From NCBI GenBank assembly GCA_001818675.1, contig MHJF01000006.1:3157-67156 (forward strand): a stretch of 64,000 nt of DNA. Direction: 5' to 3'. The position numbers and the translations under genes were made by a program. The notes beneath the pieces are model-generated. The model saw only the letters and a list, made by a program, of their open reading frames with translations. It was not told the DNA's origin and searched no databases. Source of the DNA: Candidatus Harrisonbacteria bacterium RIFCSPHIGHO2_02_FULL_40_20 (GTDB lineage Bacteria > Patescibacteriota > Minisyncoccia > UBA6257 > WO2-44-18). Shown here in pieces: positions 26,137 through 36,443 of the stretch (the first letter of the stretch is position 1; every line of letters begins with the position of its first letter).

Positions 26137-27198
26137 ATGGCTTTCTTTGGAGATAAAACTTATTTGGGCGCGGAGATTGGCACTACCACCATCAAATTAG
26201 TGGAATTAATTAAAAGCGGCAAAGAGATAAGGTTGAAAAACTACGGAATTTTAGAAACTTATGGTTATTTAGAACGGTTTAATAACGCTCTTCAAACCAG
26301 CAGCCTGAAGGCTTTAGAGTCCGAGATTTCCGCTTATCTTAGCATCATTTTGCAGCGCGCCAAAATCAGGTCGCGCAATGCCACAGTTTCTTTGCCGGCT
26401 TTTTCCGCCTTTACTACCTTGATTGAATTGCCGGATATTCCAGAAGGGGAATTGCCATCCGCAATGGCGTTTCAAGCGAAACAGTACGTTCCTTTACCCA
26501 TCGCTTCAGTAAAACTAGATTATATTAAAGTGGGAGAACGGACGGATGAAAATGGTTTAAAGTTACAGCAGATTTTTTTGGTTTCTATTCCCAATGAACA
26601 GATAGATCGTTATCAAAAAATTTTTAATGGAGCAAGCCTTAATCTGAACGCTTTAGAAGTTGAGGGCATGAGCTTGGCCAGAGTTCTTACAAAAGGCATT
26701 AAAGAGGCTACGATGATTGTGGATTTGGGCGCTCGATCTACTTCTTTTGCGGTTGCTAAAGATGGATTTTTGCGTTTTGAGGCGCAGACCGATTTTGCCG
26801 GAGGATCTTTAACGCAAGCTTTGGCTTCGGGCATGAACATTTCTCCGCGCCGGGCCGAAGAATTAAAGCAACAGCGAGGCTTGTTAGCGGCTGGCGCCGA
26901 GTCCGAGTTATCCACACTGATGTTGCCGATATTGGATGTTATAATTAATGAAGCAAGGCGGGCAAAAGAAAACTTTGAAAAAAGCTATAAAGAGGGGATT
27001 ACGAGTTTAGTTTTGACAGGTGGCGGCGCTAATTTGCTTGGCATAGAAGACTACTTTACTAAACAATTAGCCGTTAAAACTGTCAGGGCAAATCCGTTTA
27101 GAAATATTATTTATCCCCCAGAAATTGAGCCGATTATTAAAAAATCTGGCCCGGCCTTTGCTGTTGCCTTAGGGGCAGCTATTAGGAATTTAGTTTAA
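26137..27198 (+). CDS. pilM: type IV pilus assembly protein PilM
   Basis: Actin-like ATPase fold with N-terminal GAEIGTTTIKLVEL; sits within the pil cluster. Confidence 0.8.
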   Translation: MAFFGDKTYLGAEIGTTTIKLVELIKSGKEIRLKNYGILETYGYLERFNNALQTSSLKALESEISAYLSIILQRAKIRSRNATVSLPAFSAFTTLIELPDIPEGELPSAMAFQAKQYVPLPIASVKLDYIKVGERTDENGLKLQQIFLVSIPNEQIDRYQKIFNGASLNLNALEVEGMSLARVLTKGIKEATMIVDLGARSTSFAVAKDGFLRFEAQTDFAGGSLTQALASGMNISPRRAEELKQQRGLLAAGAESELSTLMLPILDVIINEARRAKENFEKSYKEGITSLVLTGGGANLLGIEDYFTKQLAVKTVRANPFRNIIYPPEIEPIIKKSGPAFAVALGAAIRNLV

Positions 27199-27200
27199 AA

Positions 27201-27734
27201 ATGGATACCCAAAATCTTTTAGAAAGAGAGCGAATGACAACTGTCTGGCCCTGGCGTCTTTTTGTTACTTCCTTAATCGTCTTGATTGCGGCGGTTTTAT
27301 ATTATGTTGGTTTGGCTTTTGGATACAAAACTTATTTAAATAGCGGCATTGAAAAAAAAGACGTGGAAATTGCTGAACTCGCCGCTTTAATTCCGAAAGA
27401 AGATCAGGCTAGGCTGATGAGATTTTATAATCAGATTCAGAGTTTGAAGAATCTTTTAGACCAGCATGTTGTCAGTTCTAAAATTTTGCCCTTAATAGAA
27501 AAAAATACTAATAAGAAAATTTTTTATAATAAGCTGGATTTAGACGTGGCGCAACGGAGTTTAAATTTAGACGGCATCGCGGAATCTTATCAAATTTTAG
27601 CCCAACAATTAGAAGCATTTAAACAGACCCCGGGGGTGGAAAGATTCCTTCTTAACAATTCGCAATTTAATCAAGGGGTAGTGCGGTTTAATGTAACTGT
27701 GGTTTTAAAATCAGAATTATTTAAATCCAAATGA
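27201..27734 (+). CDS. pilN: type IV pilus assembly protein PilN-like
   Basis: Single N-terminal TM helix plus a periplasmic coiled coil; position after pilM. Confidence 0.55.
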   Translation: MDTQNLLERERMTTVWPWRLFVTSLIVLIAAVLYYVGLAFGYKTYLNSGIEKKDVEIAELAALIPKEDQARLMRFYNQIQSLKNLLDQHVVSSKILPLIEKNTNKKIFYNKLDLDVAQRSLNLDGIAESYQILAQQLEAFKQTPGVERFLLNNSQFNQGVVRFNVTVVLKSELFKSK

Positions 27735-28273
27735 GCTCTTCCACTAAAAGATCTACTAGCGTTTTATTAAGCCTTTTATTTTTAGTTGGGGCTTTAGCGG
27801 TTTATGCCAATTTTGTCCGTCCCGAGTTTAAAGAAGTTCAGCAGCTTCGCGCCATGTTGGCCGCGAAAACCCAGTTATTAGAAAATCAAAAAACCATTAT
27901 GGTCCAGATTCAAAATCTGCTAGATCAGTTTAAAGGCGCGGTGCAGCTCCAACAGACTGTGAATATGGCTTTGCCCACTAACGAAGATGCTGCCGCTATC
28001 GTTCAGCAAGTCAATGCTATTGCTAATGCCAACGGTTTGGTTGTGCAAGCCCTTGGATTAAATCCTTTAGCTCTTAGTCCGACTAAACTAGGCTCAGTGA
28101 GGGGCACTCTTAGGCTCATTGGAGCCTATGATGGAATTAAAAAATTCCTCCAAGCGTTAGAAACCAATGTCAGGGTGATTGATTTGGTAAGCCTGCGTTT
28201 AGAGCAAGGATCAAAGGCTAATCAAGATGTTTATGCCTATACGGTCGTGTTTAACGCGTATTATCAACAGTAA
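27731..28273 (+). CDS. pilO: type IV pilus assembly protein PilO-like
   Basis: Single TM helix plus coiled coil; overlaps the pilN stop. Confidence 0.55.
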   Translation: MSSSTKRSTSVLLSLLFLVGALAVYANFVRPEFKEVQQLRAMLAAKTQLLENQKTIMVQIQNLLDQFKGAVQLQQTVNMALPTNEDAAAIVQQVNAIANANGLVVQALGLNPLALSPTKLGSVRGTLRLIGAYDGIKKFLQALETNVRVIDLVSLRLEQGSKANQDVYAYTVVFNAYYQQ

Positions 28274-28274
28274 C

Positions 28275-28565
28275 ATGGCAATTATTATACAAGAACAAAA
28301 AAAATCTATTAATTTATTCGCGATTATTATCGTGGCGATTATTTTATTTGTTATTCTTCTTAGCGTCTACTTTCTATTTTTTGCGTCTCAACCAGTTATT
28401 GAAATTATTGTTCCAGCCCCCTTAGAAACAGCCGCGGAAATTACTAAGGCGCAATTTGATCCGGCGATAGTTATTAATAGTTCAGAATTTCGAGCTCTTC
28501 GTTCTTATGCTGGCTTGCCGACCGTTGGTTCTCTTGGCCGGTCAAACCCGTTTATTAGTTACTAG
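28275..28565 (+). CDS. small membrane protein in the pil operon (PilP-like position)
   Basis: Start taken at MAIIIQEQ; one TM helix; assignment from context only. Confidence 0.35.
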   Translation: MAIIIQEQKKSINLFAIIIVAIILFVILLSVYFLFFASQPVIEIIVPAPLETAAEITKAQFDPAIVINSSEFRALRSYAGLPTVGSLGRSNPFISY

Positions 28566-28587
28566 CAGCTAATTAACATTCATTGTT

Positions 28588-30315
28588 ATGGAAAATAATC
28601 GTCTTTTAACTGCCTTAGTTGAGGCGAAACTTTTAAATAGCGGGGATGCCTCTAAATTAGAGGCGGATTCCGTTAGTCTAAAAAAAGACGCTGAAAGCCT
28701 TATTTATCAGCGTCATTTAATTAGCGAAGAAGAATTAGCAAAAGTTAAGGGAAAAATTTTAGGCATCCCTTATAAGAAAATTGATTCTAAACAGATTAAA
28801 GACGATTTATTAGAATTAATACCTAAAGAAACCGCTTTTTCTTATAAAATAGTTCCTCTCTCTAAAGTTGATAATATGCTGGTGGTGGGAATGGTGGCTC
28901 CTGATAATCCTCTTGCTCAAAATGCCTTAAAATTTATTGCTAAACAAAAAGGTTTCAATGTTGGGGTTTATTTAATTACTCCTACCGATTTCGATCTTTT
29001 GTTGCGTCGCTATTCTCCCTTGAGCGATGATGTTCAGCAGGCGTTGGGCGCTTTAAGCGGGCGCAAGGGGCAACCTCTAACTTTTCAGCAAATTATCCAG
29101 TTAGAAGAAACTAAAAGCGCCATTGCCGAAGAAGCGCCCATCATTAAAATAGTCGCCTCGTTATTAAAAGAAGCCGTTAATATTCAAGCTTCGGATATTC
29201 ATATTGAGCCGCAGAGAAAGCAGATGCGGGTGCGATTTCGGGTGGATGGGGTTTTGCAAATTGTGCAGGTTTTGCCGATTGAAATTTATCAGCAGATAAT
29301 TTCTCGCATCAAGGTTTTATCAAATTTGAAACTCGATGAGACTCGGATACCCCAAGATGGTCGTTTTAGAACTATAATTTTTGATCGGGAAATTGATTTT
29401 CGTATTTCTACTTTTCCGACTCCTTTGGGAGAAAAAGCGGCCATTCGGGTTTTGGATCCGAATGTAGGATTAAAAGGCTTTGGGGATTTAGGTTTAGTTG
29501 GCAAGAACCAGCAAGTTTTTTCTGAAGGATTAATTAAACCCTATGGTATGGTTTTGCTTACTGGCCCAACGGGTTCGGGGAAAACCACCACTTTATACGC
29601 GGCTATGCAAATTCTTAATAAAGAAGGGGTAAACGTTGTTAGTTTGGAAGACCCGGTAGAATATTCTATTGACGGATTGAATCAATCTCAAGTTCGGCCC
29701 GAAATTGGCTATGATTTCGCTTCGGGCTTAAGGCAAATTTTGCGGCAAGATCCCGACGTGATTTTGGTGGGAGAGATTCGGGACAGCGAAACCGCTTCTT
29801 TGGCTGTGCACGCCGCGTTAACGGGCCATATTGTCCTTACCACTTTACACACTAATAATGCCGTTGGAGTTATTCCTCGCTTGGTAGATCTAAAATTAGA
29901 GCCCTTTTTACTGCCGAGCTCGGTTAATTTAATGGTGGCGCAACGATTAGTGGCGCGGCTCTGCCAAAATTGTAAAAAACCTAAAGAAGCGCCGCCGTCA
30001 GTGGCTTCTATCATTAAAAAGAATTTGGAAGTTATAGGAGAAAAAAAATATAAAGAGCCTTATAAAATTTATTATTCTCCAGGCTGCGGTATTTGCAAAA
30101 ATAAAGGCACCACTGGCCGGTTGGCTTTATTTGAGGTTTTTGCCATGACTCCAGAATTAGCCGATATTCTTGCTGAAGAAATTTCTGAAAATAAACTGAT
30201 CAATGAAGCTAAACGGCAGAATATGATCAGTTTGCGGCAGGACGGAATATTAAAAGCTTTAGATGGATTAGTGATGATTGAAGATGTTTTAAGGGAAACC
30301 GAAGAGTTATGGTAA
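28588..30315 (+). CDS. pilB: type IV pilus assembly ATPase PilB (GspE family)
   Basis: GSPII_E N-terminal domain, Walker A LLTGPTGSGKTTTLYA, tetracysteine motif. Confidence 0.9.
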   Translation: MENNRLLTALVEAKLLNSGDASKLEADSVSLKKDAESLIYQRHLISEEELAKVKGKILGIPYKKIDSKQIKDDLLELIPKETAFSYKIVPLSKVDNMLVVGMVAPDNPLAQNALKFIAKQKGFNVGVYLITPTDFDLLLRRYSPLSDDVQQALGALSGRKGQPLTFQQIIQLEETKSAIAEEAPIIKIVASLLKEAVNIQASDIHIEPQRKQMRVRFRVDGVLQIVQVLPIEIYQQIISRIKVLSNLKLDETRIPQDGRFRTIIFDREIDFRISTFPTPLGEKAAIRVLDPNVGLKGFGDLGLVGKNQQVFSEGLIKPYGMVLLTGPTGSGKTTTLYAAMQILNKEGVNVVSLEDPVEYSIDGLNQSQVRPEIGYDFASGLRQILRQDPDVILVGEIRDSETASLAVHAALTGHIVLTTLHTNNAVGVIPRLVDLKLEPFLLPSSVNLMVAQRLVARLCQNCKKPKEAPPSVASIIKKNLEVIGEKKYKEPYKIYYSPGCGICKNKGTTGRLALFEVFAMTPELADILAEEISENKLINEAKRQNMISLRQDGILKALDGLVMIEDVLRETEELW

Positions 30316-30333
30316 AATTTTTATATACCCACC

Positions 30334-31401
30334 ATGGATTTTAAATCAAAACTTAACGAACTTCTTTTAATAACTGCCCAACAAAATGCTTCTGATTTGC
30401 ATATTGCGGTTGGTTTTAAGCCCACTATTAGAATTGACGGCGATTTAGTGCCTTTAGCTAAAGAACAGATTGTTAATAGTGAAATCGCGGAGGGATTAGT
30501 TGGCGCGCTTTTAACGTCCGAACAGAAAGCTAAATTTTTGCAAGATCAGCAACTGGATTTCGCTTATACTTTTGAAGATAAAGCTAGATTTAGGGTTAAT
30601 GTCTTTTTTCAAAGAGGCTTTATGGCTGCAGCTTTGCGGTTAATTCCTAATAAAATTCGCACTATACAAGAATTAAGTTTACCTCCGGTGCTTTATGAAT
30701 TTACCAAGCTTTCCCAGGGGTTTGTTTTGGTGGTAGGCCCGGCCGGACATGGCAAATCTACGACGCTCGCCGCGATGTTGGATGAAGTTAATCATCAAAG
30801 AATGAATCATATTATTACCGTTGAAGATCCTATTGAATATCTTTTTACTCAAGACCGCTGCATCATTTCGCAAAGAGAAGTAAAAGTAGATACCCCTAAT
30901 TTTCACTCCGCCCTTAGTTCTCTTTTACGGCAGGACCCAGATGTGATTATGATCGGCGAGATGCGCGATGCCGAGTCTATGGCCGTAGCAATGACCGCCG
31001 CGGAAACTGGCCATCTGGTTCTGGCTACTTTGCATACTAATTCGGCGGCCCAGACTATTGATCGCATCATTGACAGCTTCCCTCCAGCCCAACAAGGGCA
31101 GATTACTTCGCAATTAGCTTCTACCTTAGTGGGTATTATTTCCGAGCGTTTAATTCCCAGAATGAATGGCGGCCGCATACCAGCGTGTGAAATTATGATT
31201 GCTAATTCTGCGGTTCGCAATTTAATCCGTGAGCGCAAGGCTTATCAGATTGATTTAGTGATTGAAACCAGCATGCAAGAGGGCATGATTACCCTTAATC
31301 GTTCCTTGGCGCATTTAGTGAAAAATAAACAGATTTCCGTAGAGAACGCGGAACTCCACTCTTTAAATCCAACCGAGTTAAGGTTGTTGTTGAAAAGATA
31401 A
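30334..31401 (+). CDS. pilT: twitching motility (pilus retraction) ATPase PilT
   Basis: Walker A VLVVGPAGHGKSTTLAAML and PilT family motifs. Confidence 0.9.
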   Translation: MDFKSKLNELLLITAQQNASDLHIAVGFKPTIRIDGDLVPLAKEQIVNSEIAEGLVGALLTSEQKAKFLQDQQLDFAYTFEDKARFRVNVFFQRGFMAAALRLIPNKIRTIQELSLPPVLYEFTKLSQGFVLVVGPAGHGKSTTLAAMLDEVNHQRMNHIITVEDPIEYLFTQDRCIISQREVKVDTPNFHSALSSLLRQDPDVIMIGEMRDAESMAVAMTAAETGHLVLATLHTNSAAQTIDRIIDSFPPAQQGQITSQLASTLVGIISERLIPRMNGGRIPACEIMIANSAVRNLIRERKAYQIDLVIETSMQEGMITLNRSLAHLVKNKQISVENAELHSLNPTELRLLLKR

Positions 31402-31432
31402 AAAATAAAAGTTGTATAATTAGTACATGAAT

Positions 31433-31550
31433 CCCGTTAGAGACAACCAATCCATGATTTCTGAAATATTATTTGATTTTAGATATAAAAAGTCGATTGC
31501 CGTTAAAACGGTTGAGTTACGGTCGCCTCTGGAGACCTGTCTCTAACGGG
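31433..31550 (-). mobile_element. 118-bp MITE-like element, copy 2 (inverted orientation relative to copy 1)
   Basis: Its reverse complement aligns with 3446-3563 over the full length; ends immediately before the pilC ATG. Confidence 0.6.
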
Positions 31551-32759
31551 ATGAAATTTCGATACAGCGCGAGGACAAAATTAGGAGAGCTTCAAGTCGG
31601 TTTTGTAGAGGCGGCTAGCCGAGAAGCAGCTTTTGGCCTTTTGAGCGGTCACGATCTTTTTATTTTGAAATTGGAAGCAGAGCTGGAGAAGCGGCCGTTC
31701 GCCGCATTGTTGGGTATTTTCCGCCGCGTGAGCAGAAAAGATTTAATGATTTTTACTCGGCAGTTCGCGACTTTATTGCAAGCCGAAGTAGTATTGGGGG
31801 ATTCTTTAAAAATCCTTCATACCCAAACTTCCAATAAAACTTTACAATCAGTTATTTTAGAAGTTTCCTCGGATATTGATGCTGGACTTTCTTTATCTCA
31901 AGCCCTGGAAAGGCATGGCGATATTTTTTCAGAATTCTATATTAATTTAATCCGTTCCGCGGAGGTCACTGGGCGTATGGATGAGTCTATGAGTTTTTTA
32001 GCCGACTTTTTAGAAAAGGATATGAATCTGGTGGCAAAAATTCGGAACGCTTTAATTTACCCGGCTTTTATTTTAGGTTTATTTTTTGTGGTGGTAATTA
32101 TTTTGGTAGTGGCGGTTTTCCCCCAATTGCGGCCGATTTTTGCAGATGCCCAAGTGGATTTGCCGTTAGTTACGAAGCTGCTTTTGGATGGCGGCGCTTT
32201 GCTTCTGGACTGGTGGTGGGCGATGGTTGTTATCTTTGGCGTTTGTATTTGGGTGATTATAGATTATTTTCGCACTAAAGAGGGAAGGGCTGTTTGGAAT
32301 CAGCTGATTATTGGTTTGCCTGTACTAGGCCAGGTTTTTAGAAAAATGTATATAGCGAGATTTGCTGAAGCGGCTAGAATTTTATTAAAAGGCGGTATTC
32401 CTATTGCTCAAGCCATAGAAATTAGCGGACATACTTTAGCCAATGTGGTTTATCGGGAAGTTTTGCAAGAAGCAGCGGAAGGAATCCGCAGAGGGGAATC
32501 GTTATCCCAGATTTTATCTAAATATTCTTCAGCTTTCCCGCCGTTAGTGAGTCAAATGGTTGCGGTTGGAGAAAGCACTGGGCGTTTAGAAGAAATGTTG
32601 GGGCGAATAGCGACTTTTTATATTCGAGAAGTGGATACGGTGGTAGATAATTTAGTAGAATTAATTCAGCCAGTGGTAATGGTGATAGTGGGTGTTTTGG
32701 TCGGATTGCTTTTTGCTTCAATTTTGATCCCGATTTATCAATTGGCGCAAGGGTTCTAA
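31551..32759 (+). CDS. pilC: type IV pilus inner-membrane platform protein PilC (GspF family)
   Basis: Two GspF repeats; start moved to MKFRYSARTK because the ORF-track N-terminus lies inside the repeat element. Confidence 0.85.
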   Translation: MKFRYSARTKLGELQVGFVEAASREAAFGLLSGHDLFILKLEAELEKRPFAALLGIFRRVSRKDLMIFTRQFATLLQAEVVLGDSLKILHTQTSNKTLQSVILEVSSDIDAGLSLSQALERHGDIFSEFYINLIRSAEVTGRMDESMSFLADFLEKDMNLVAKIRNALIYPAFILGLFFVVVIILVVAVFPQLRPIFADAQVDLPLVTKLLLDGGALLLDWWWAMVVIFGVCIWVIIDYFRTKEGRAVWNQLIIGLPVLGQVFRKMYIARFAEAARILLKGGIPIAQAIEISGHTLANVVYREVLQEAAEGIRRGESLSQILSKYSSAFPPLVSQMVAVGESTGRLEEMLGRIATFYIREVDTVVDNLVELIQPVVMVIVGVLVGLLFASILIPIYQLAQGF

Positions 32760-33034
32760 AATTATGATAAAATAATTAAAACGGTCGAGAAAGAACCCAT
32801 CTTAATAATAATTCCTAAGCGCGTTGAGAGAATAAATAGAATAGATCGAGGAATGACGACGAAACTGTGCTTTTAGCACGTTGAGGAGGAATGACGCTGA
32901 AATATTCTATTTAAGCCGCAACCCTTCGGGATACTGCCAATTTATATTAATAACTGCGTTGTTCGTCGAAGATGTAGACTATCTACAATCTTCTCCTCAC
33001 GCCTTGTTCTAAATAAAATTGGCAAGTATCGCGC

Positions 33035-33547
33035 TTGGAAGCTATTATTAAGATGGGTTCCAAAATAAAACTTATGATAAGAATTACTAATTCAAGATTT
33101 TATAATAAAAAAGGTTTTACGTTAATTGAAATGCTGATTGTCATTTCTATTATTGGCATTTTGGCGTCTATTGTTTTAGTTGGCTTGGGAGCTTTTCGTT
33201 CCCGGGGCCGCGATACTAGAAGAATTGCTGATTTAAGGGAGGCGCAGGGAGCTTTGGAGCTTTACTATACTAAGTTTCAGCAATATCCAAGCAGCGGTTT
33301 AAATTCTTGGGGTACTATGAGCCAGGCTATTATCAACGGAGGGGTTGGAGTGAATACTGTTTCTAATGATCCATTATCGCCAGCCAAAACTTATGTTTAT
33401 GGCGCTAGCTCCGATCAGCAGCAGTATGTTTTAATGGCTACTTTGGAAGAAGCTTCGCATCCAGGCTTGAAGGATGATGTAGATGGCACTGTTTTTGGAG
33501 TTAATTGCGGTGATGCTCCACAAGGAAATTATTGCGTAAGACTCTAA
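33035..33547 (+). CDS. pilA: type IV major pilin (prepilin)
   Basis: Class III signal KKGFTLIEMLIVISIIGILA; the true start is probably an internal Met (33053 or 33074). Confidence 0.85.
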   Translation: MEAIIKMGSKIKLMIRITNSRFYNKKGFTLIEMLIVISIIGILASIVLVGLGAFRSRGRDTRRIADLREAQGALELYYTKFQQYPSSGLNSWGTMSQAIINGGVGVNTVSNDPLSPAKTYVYGASSDQQQYVLMATLEEASHPGLKDDVDGTVFGVNCGDAPQGNYCVRL

Positions 33548-33557
33548 TTTAGAAGAT

Positions 33558-34460
33558 TTGCCTATGGTCTATTTTTGGTACGCGTTTTTATTTTTCATTG
33601 GCGCAGCCATAGGCAGTTTTTTAAATGTCCTGGCTGTTCGTTATGATCCTGGTAAAAAAATTTTAACCCGGGATATATTTTTGGGCAGATCGCATTGCGT
33701 TCATTGCGGAAAAGTTTTGCGGTGGTACGAGCTTTTTCCAATTTTTAGTTATTTAATTCAGAGGGGAAAATGTTTGAGCTGCGGAGCCTCTCTTTCTTTC
33801 CAATATTTTGTTGCTGAATTGATTGCCGGGGCGATTTTAGTGTTTTTTACTTGGCATTTTTATAAATTTTTTAATTTAGCGGATATTATTTCGCAAGGCG
33901 GGAATATTGGGCCATACTATATTTTTTTGTGCGTTTGGATTCTGGTGGCTTACGGCCTTTTATTAATGTCGCTGATAGATTTTCGTTTAAAGATTATTCC
34001 TGATCAGATTAATGTTTTTTTGTTAGTATTAGGGGCAGCTCTTGTAGCGCTCAAATATTTTTATTCTTTTACTAATACTTCTTTTCTTGGCAAATACTCG
34101 TTATTATTCAATATTTCTGCTCAACCTTTGTTAAGCCATTTTTTGGCGGCTATTTTTGGTTTATTTTTATTCGGCTTAATCGTGGTTTTAAGCCGAGGTA
34201 GGGGAATGGGAATAGGCGATGTGAAATTAGCCGGAGCTTTAGGTTTATTATTAGGATTACCAGATATAGTTTTCAGTTTTTTTAGCAGTTTTATTATAGG
34301 AGCGATCGTTGGGGTTTTTTTATTACTGTTGGGTAAAAAATCCTTAAAAGACGCGGTGCCTTTTGGGCCATTTTTAGCTCTCGGAGTTTTCCTAACAATT
34401 TTCTGGGGTGAAAATTTACTGGATTATTACTTTAGCTTATTTCAGTTTTTAACCTATTAA
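33558..34460 (+). CDS. pilD: prepilin peptidase / N-methyltransferase (A24 family)
   Basis: Cytoplasmic CxxC...CxxC motif and polytopic membrane domain with a catalytic Asp. Confidence 0.85.
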   Translation: MPMVYFWYAFLFFIGAAIGSFLNVLAVRYDPGKKILTRDIFLGRSHCVHCGKVLRWYELFPIFSYLIQRGKCLSCGASLSFQYFVAELIAGAILVFFTWHFYKFFNLADIISQGGNIGPYYIFLCVWILVAYGLLLMSLIDFRLKIIPDQINVFLLVLGAALVALKYFYSFTNTSFLGKYSLLFNISAQPLLSHFLAAIFGLFLFGLIVVLSRGRGMGIGDVKLAGALGLLLGLPDIVFSFFSSFIIGAIVGVFLLLLGKKSLKDAVPFGPFLALGVFLTIFWGENLLDYYFSLFQFLTY

Positions 34461-34484
34461 GATTAAGTGTTAAAATATATATAC

Positions 34485-34979
34485 ATGCAAAAAGGGTTTA
34501 CTTTAGTAGAAATGATGATTGTTATCACTATTTCCGCGATTTTAATGGCGATGGTGATTTTTTATGGCAGGGGCGGAGAGAAGCAGATTATTTTATTAAC
34601 CGAGCAAGCAAAGCTTGTGAATACTATTTTACGGTCAAAATCTTTGGCTATTCAGACTTTTAACCAGCCACGACGCCCTTGCGGTTACGGGGTGCATTTT
34701 GTCCCCAACGGTTATATCTTATTTAAAGATCTTTCCGAGGATTGTTCGGTCAGTGATAAAAGGTATTCTGGGCCAGATGAGGACGTGGAAAATATTATTT
34801 TAAATAAAGCGGTGAAATTCTTGCCGCCTCCTCTTTTAGATGTTCTGTTTATTCCGCCCGATCCGACTGTTATTTTAATTCCATCGCAACCAGAGGCGGT
34901 GCTTACCATTGCTACTTTAGATGAAGCTTCTTCTTTAAAAGTTAAAGTTACGGAAGCTGGCCAGGTGACTTTTCAATAA
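34485..34979 (+). CDS. minor pilin / pseudopilin
   Basis: Prepilin N-terminus MQKGFTLVEMMIVITISAIL. Confidence 0.7.
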   Translation: MQKGFTLVEMMIVITISAILMAMVIFYGRGGEKQIILLTEQAKLVNTILRSKSLAIQTFNQPRRPCGYGVHFVPNGYILFKDLSEDCSVSDKRYSGPDEDVENIILNKAVKFLPPPLLDVLFIPPDPTVILIPSQPEAVLTIATLDEASSLKVKVTEAGQVTFQ

Positions 34980-34991
34980 GATAACAAGACT

Positions 34992-35495
34992 ATGATTCTA
35001 AAAGCTAAAATTTATAATTTAAAATCTCAAAGTGGCCAGTCTCTTATAGAAGCTATTATTGCTATGTCTATAATTTTTTTTGGGATTTTAGGAGTCTACG
35101 GTTTAGCGGCAAGGGCTGTCAGTTTAAATCGTGTTGTGGCCGACAGATACATAGCTATTTATATTGCTTCGGAGGGCGTTGAGCTGGTTAAAAATATGAT
35201 TGATGCCAATATTCTTGAACGCCGTCCGTGGAATGACGGATTGTTTAGCGGCGCTTATGAAGTGGAATATCGCGACCAAGATTTGCGTTTAAGCCAGGGC
35301 CGGACGCTTCTTTTTGATGAAAATAACGGAACTTATAATTACATTTCTGGAAAAGAAACTACTTTTCAGAGAACCATTAAGATTGAGGTTTTAGGCAATG
35401 GCAATGAATTAAAAGTAAATTCTCAAGTCAATTGGCTCTCCCGAGGAGGAGACTATAGCGTTGATTTAGAAGACCATTTCTTTAATTGGAGATAA
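34992..35495 (+). CDS. minor pilin / pseudopilin
   Basis: GQSLIEAIIAMSIIFFGILG prepilin-like N-terminus. Confidence 0.6.
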   Translation: MILKAKIYNLKSQSGQSLIEAIIAMSIIFFGILGVYGLAARAVSLNRVVADRYIAIYIASEGVELVKNMIDANILERRPWNDGLFSGAYEVEYRDQDLRLSQGRTLLFDENNGTYNYISGKETTFQRTIKIEVLGNGNELKVNSQVNWLSRGGDYSVDLEDHFFNWR

Positions 35496-35498
35496 ACT

Positions 35499-36023
35499 AT
35501 GAAACAACTAAAATTTAAAATTCAAAATTTAAAATTAAGGCATGGTTTTACAATGATAGAGCTCTTGGTGGCAATGGGCGTATTTATTATAATTGTTGGC
35601 GTTTCTATAGGAATCTTTGTAAGATCTTTGCGCACCCAGAGAAATATTATTAATTTAATGGCTATTAATGATAATGCCAGCTTAGCCATTGAACAGATGA
35701 CAAGGGAAATTCGCACTGGACAGTTATTTTCTTCTTTAGGCCCATCCGCTTTAAAATTTCTTAATTATCAAGGTAGGGACATAACTTATAGATGGAATAC
35801 CAGCGCGGAATCTTTAGAGCGTGGAGAAGGAGATATTTTTAAGGCTATTACGGCAAGCGAAGTAAAAATTAAACGATTGCAATTTATTTTATCTGGAGAA
35901 GAGGATGGAGATAATATTCCTACTAGGGTTACGGTCGTATTAGGTGTCGGTTCTAATCAGCGAGACTTAACCGGAGTTTTGAATAATATTCAAACCACAA
36001 TTTCCCCGCGGGTTAACCAATAA
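35499..36023 (+). CDS. minor pilin / pseudopilin
   Basis: HGFTMIELLVAMGVFIIIVGV prepilin N-terminus. Confidence 0.7.
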   Translation: MKQLKFKIQNLKLRHGFTMIELLVAMGVFIIIVGVSIGIFVRSLRTQRNIINLMAINDNASLAIEQMTREIRTGQLFSSLGPSALKFLNYQGRDITYRWNTSAESLERGEGDIFKAITASEVKIKRLQFILSGEEDGDNIPTRVTVVLGVGSNQRDLTGVLNNIQTTISPRVNQ

Positions 36024-36035
36024 TATTTTTAATCT

Positions 36036-36386
36036 ATGGCAATGTTTAAATACATCAATTTTCAAGGAAAAAATAGCGGGCAGGTTTTGATCTTAACCGT
36101 TTTAATTTTATCCGGAACAGTTTTAGCGGTTACTACCATTGCGGGCATTTTGATGGTTTATCAAATACGGCAGACGGGCAATGTGACGGATTCCGCTAAG
36201 GCGATTTTTGCCGCTGATACTGGATTAGAATGGGAATTATACAAAAAAATTAAAGATCCAGATTATCCAAAGCCAGTTTTTACTAATCGCGCCGATGTGG
36301 AGACTTCCATATCCGAGGATGGCCAGGCGATTAAATCTATTGGCAGCGCCGGAAATGTCCGCCGCGCGTTTGAGCTCAGGCTTTAA
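36036..36386 (+). CDS. pilin-like small protein
   Basis: NSGQVLILTVLILSGTVLAV N-terminal hydrophobic helix; context in the pil operon. Confidence 0.45.
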   Translation: MAMFKYINFQGKNSGQVLILTVLILSGTVLAVTTIAGILMVYQIRQTGNVTDSAKAIFAADTGLEWELYKKIKDPDYPKPVFTNRADVETSISEDGQAIKSIGSAGNVRRAFELRL

Positions 36387-36443
36387 AGTATTGTGAGGCG
36401 CCCCTTGAAAAAAATAGCCGATTTGTATTATAATATTTTTCAT

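Noticed and set aside
33000-33040. Sigma-54 promoter (TGGCA-N7-GCGC) upstream of the pilin gene
   Set aside because: Spacing and the -12 element (GCGC instead of TTGC) are poor. No rpoN-dependent activator is evident.
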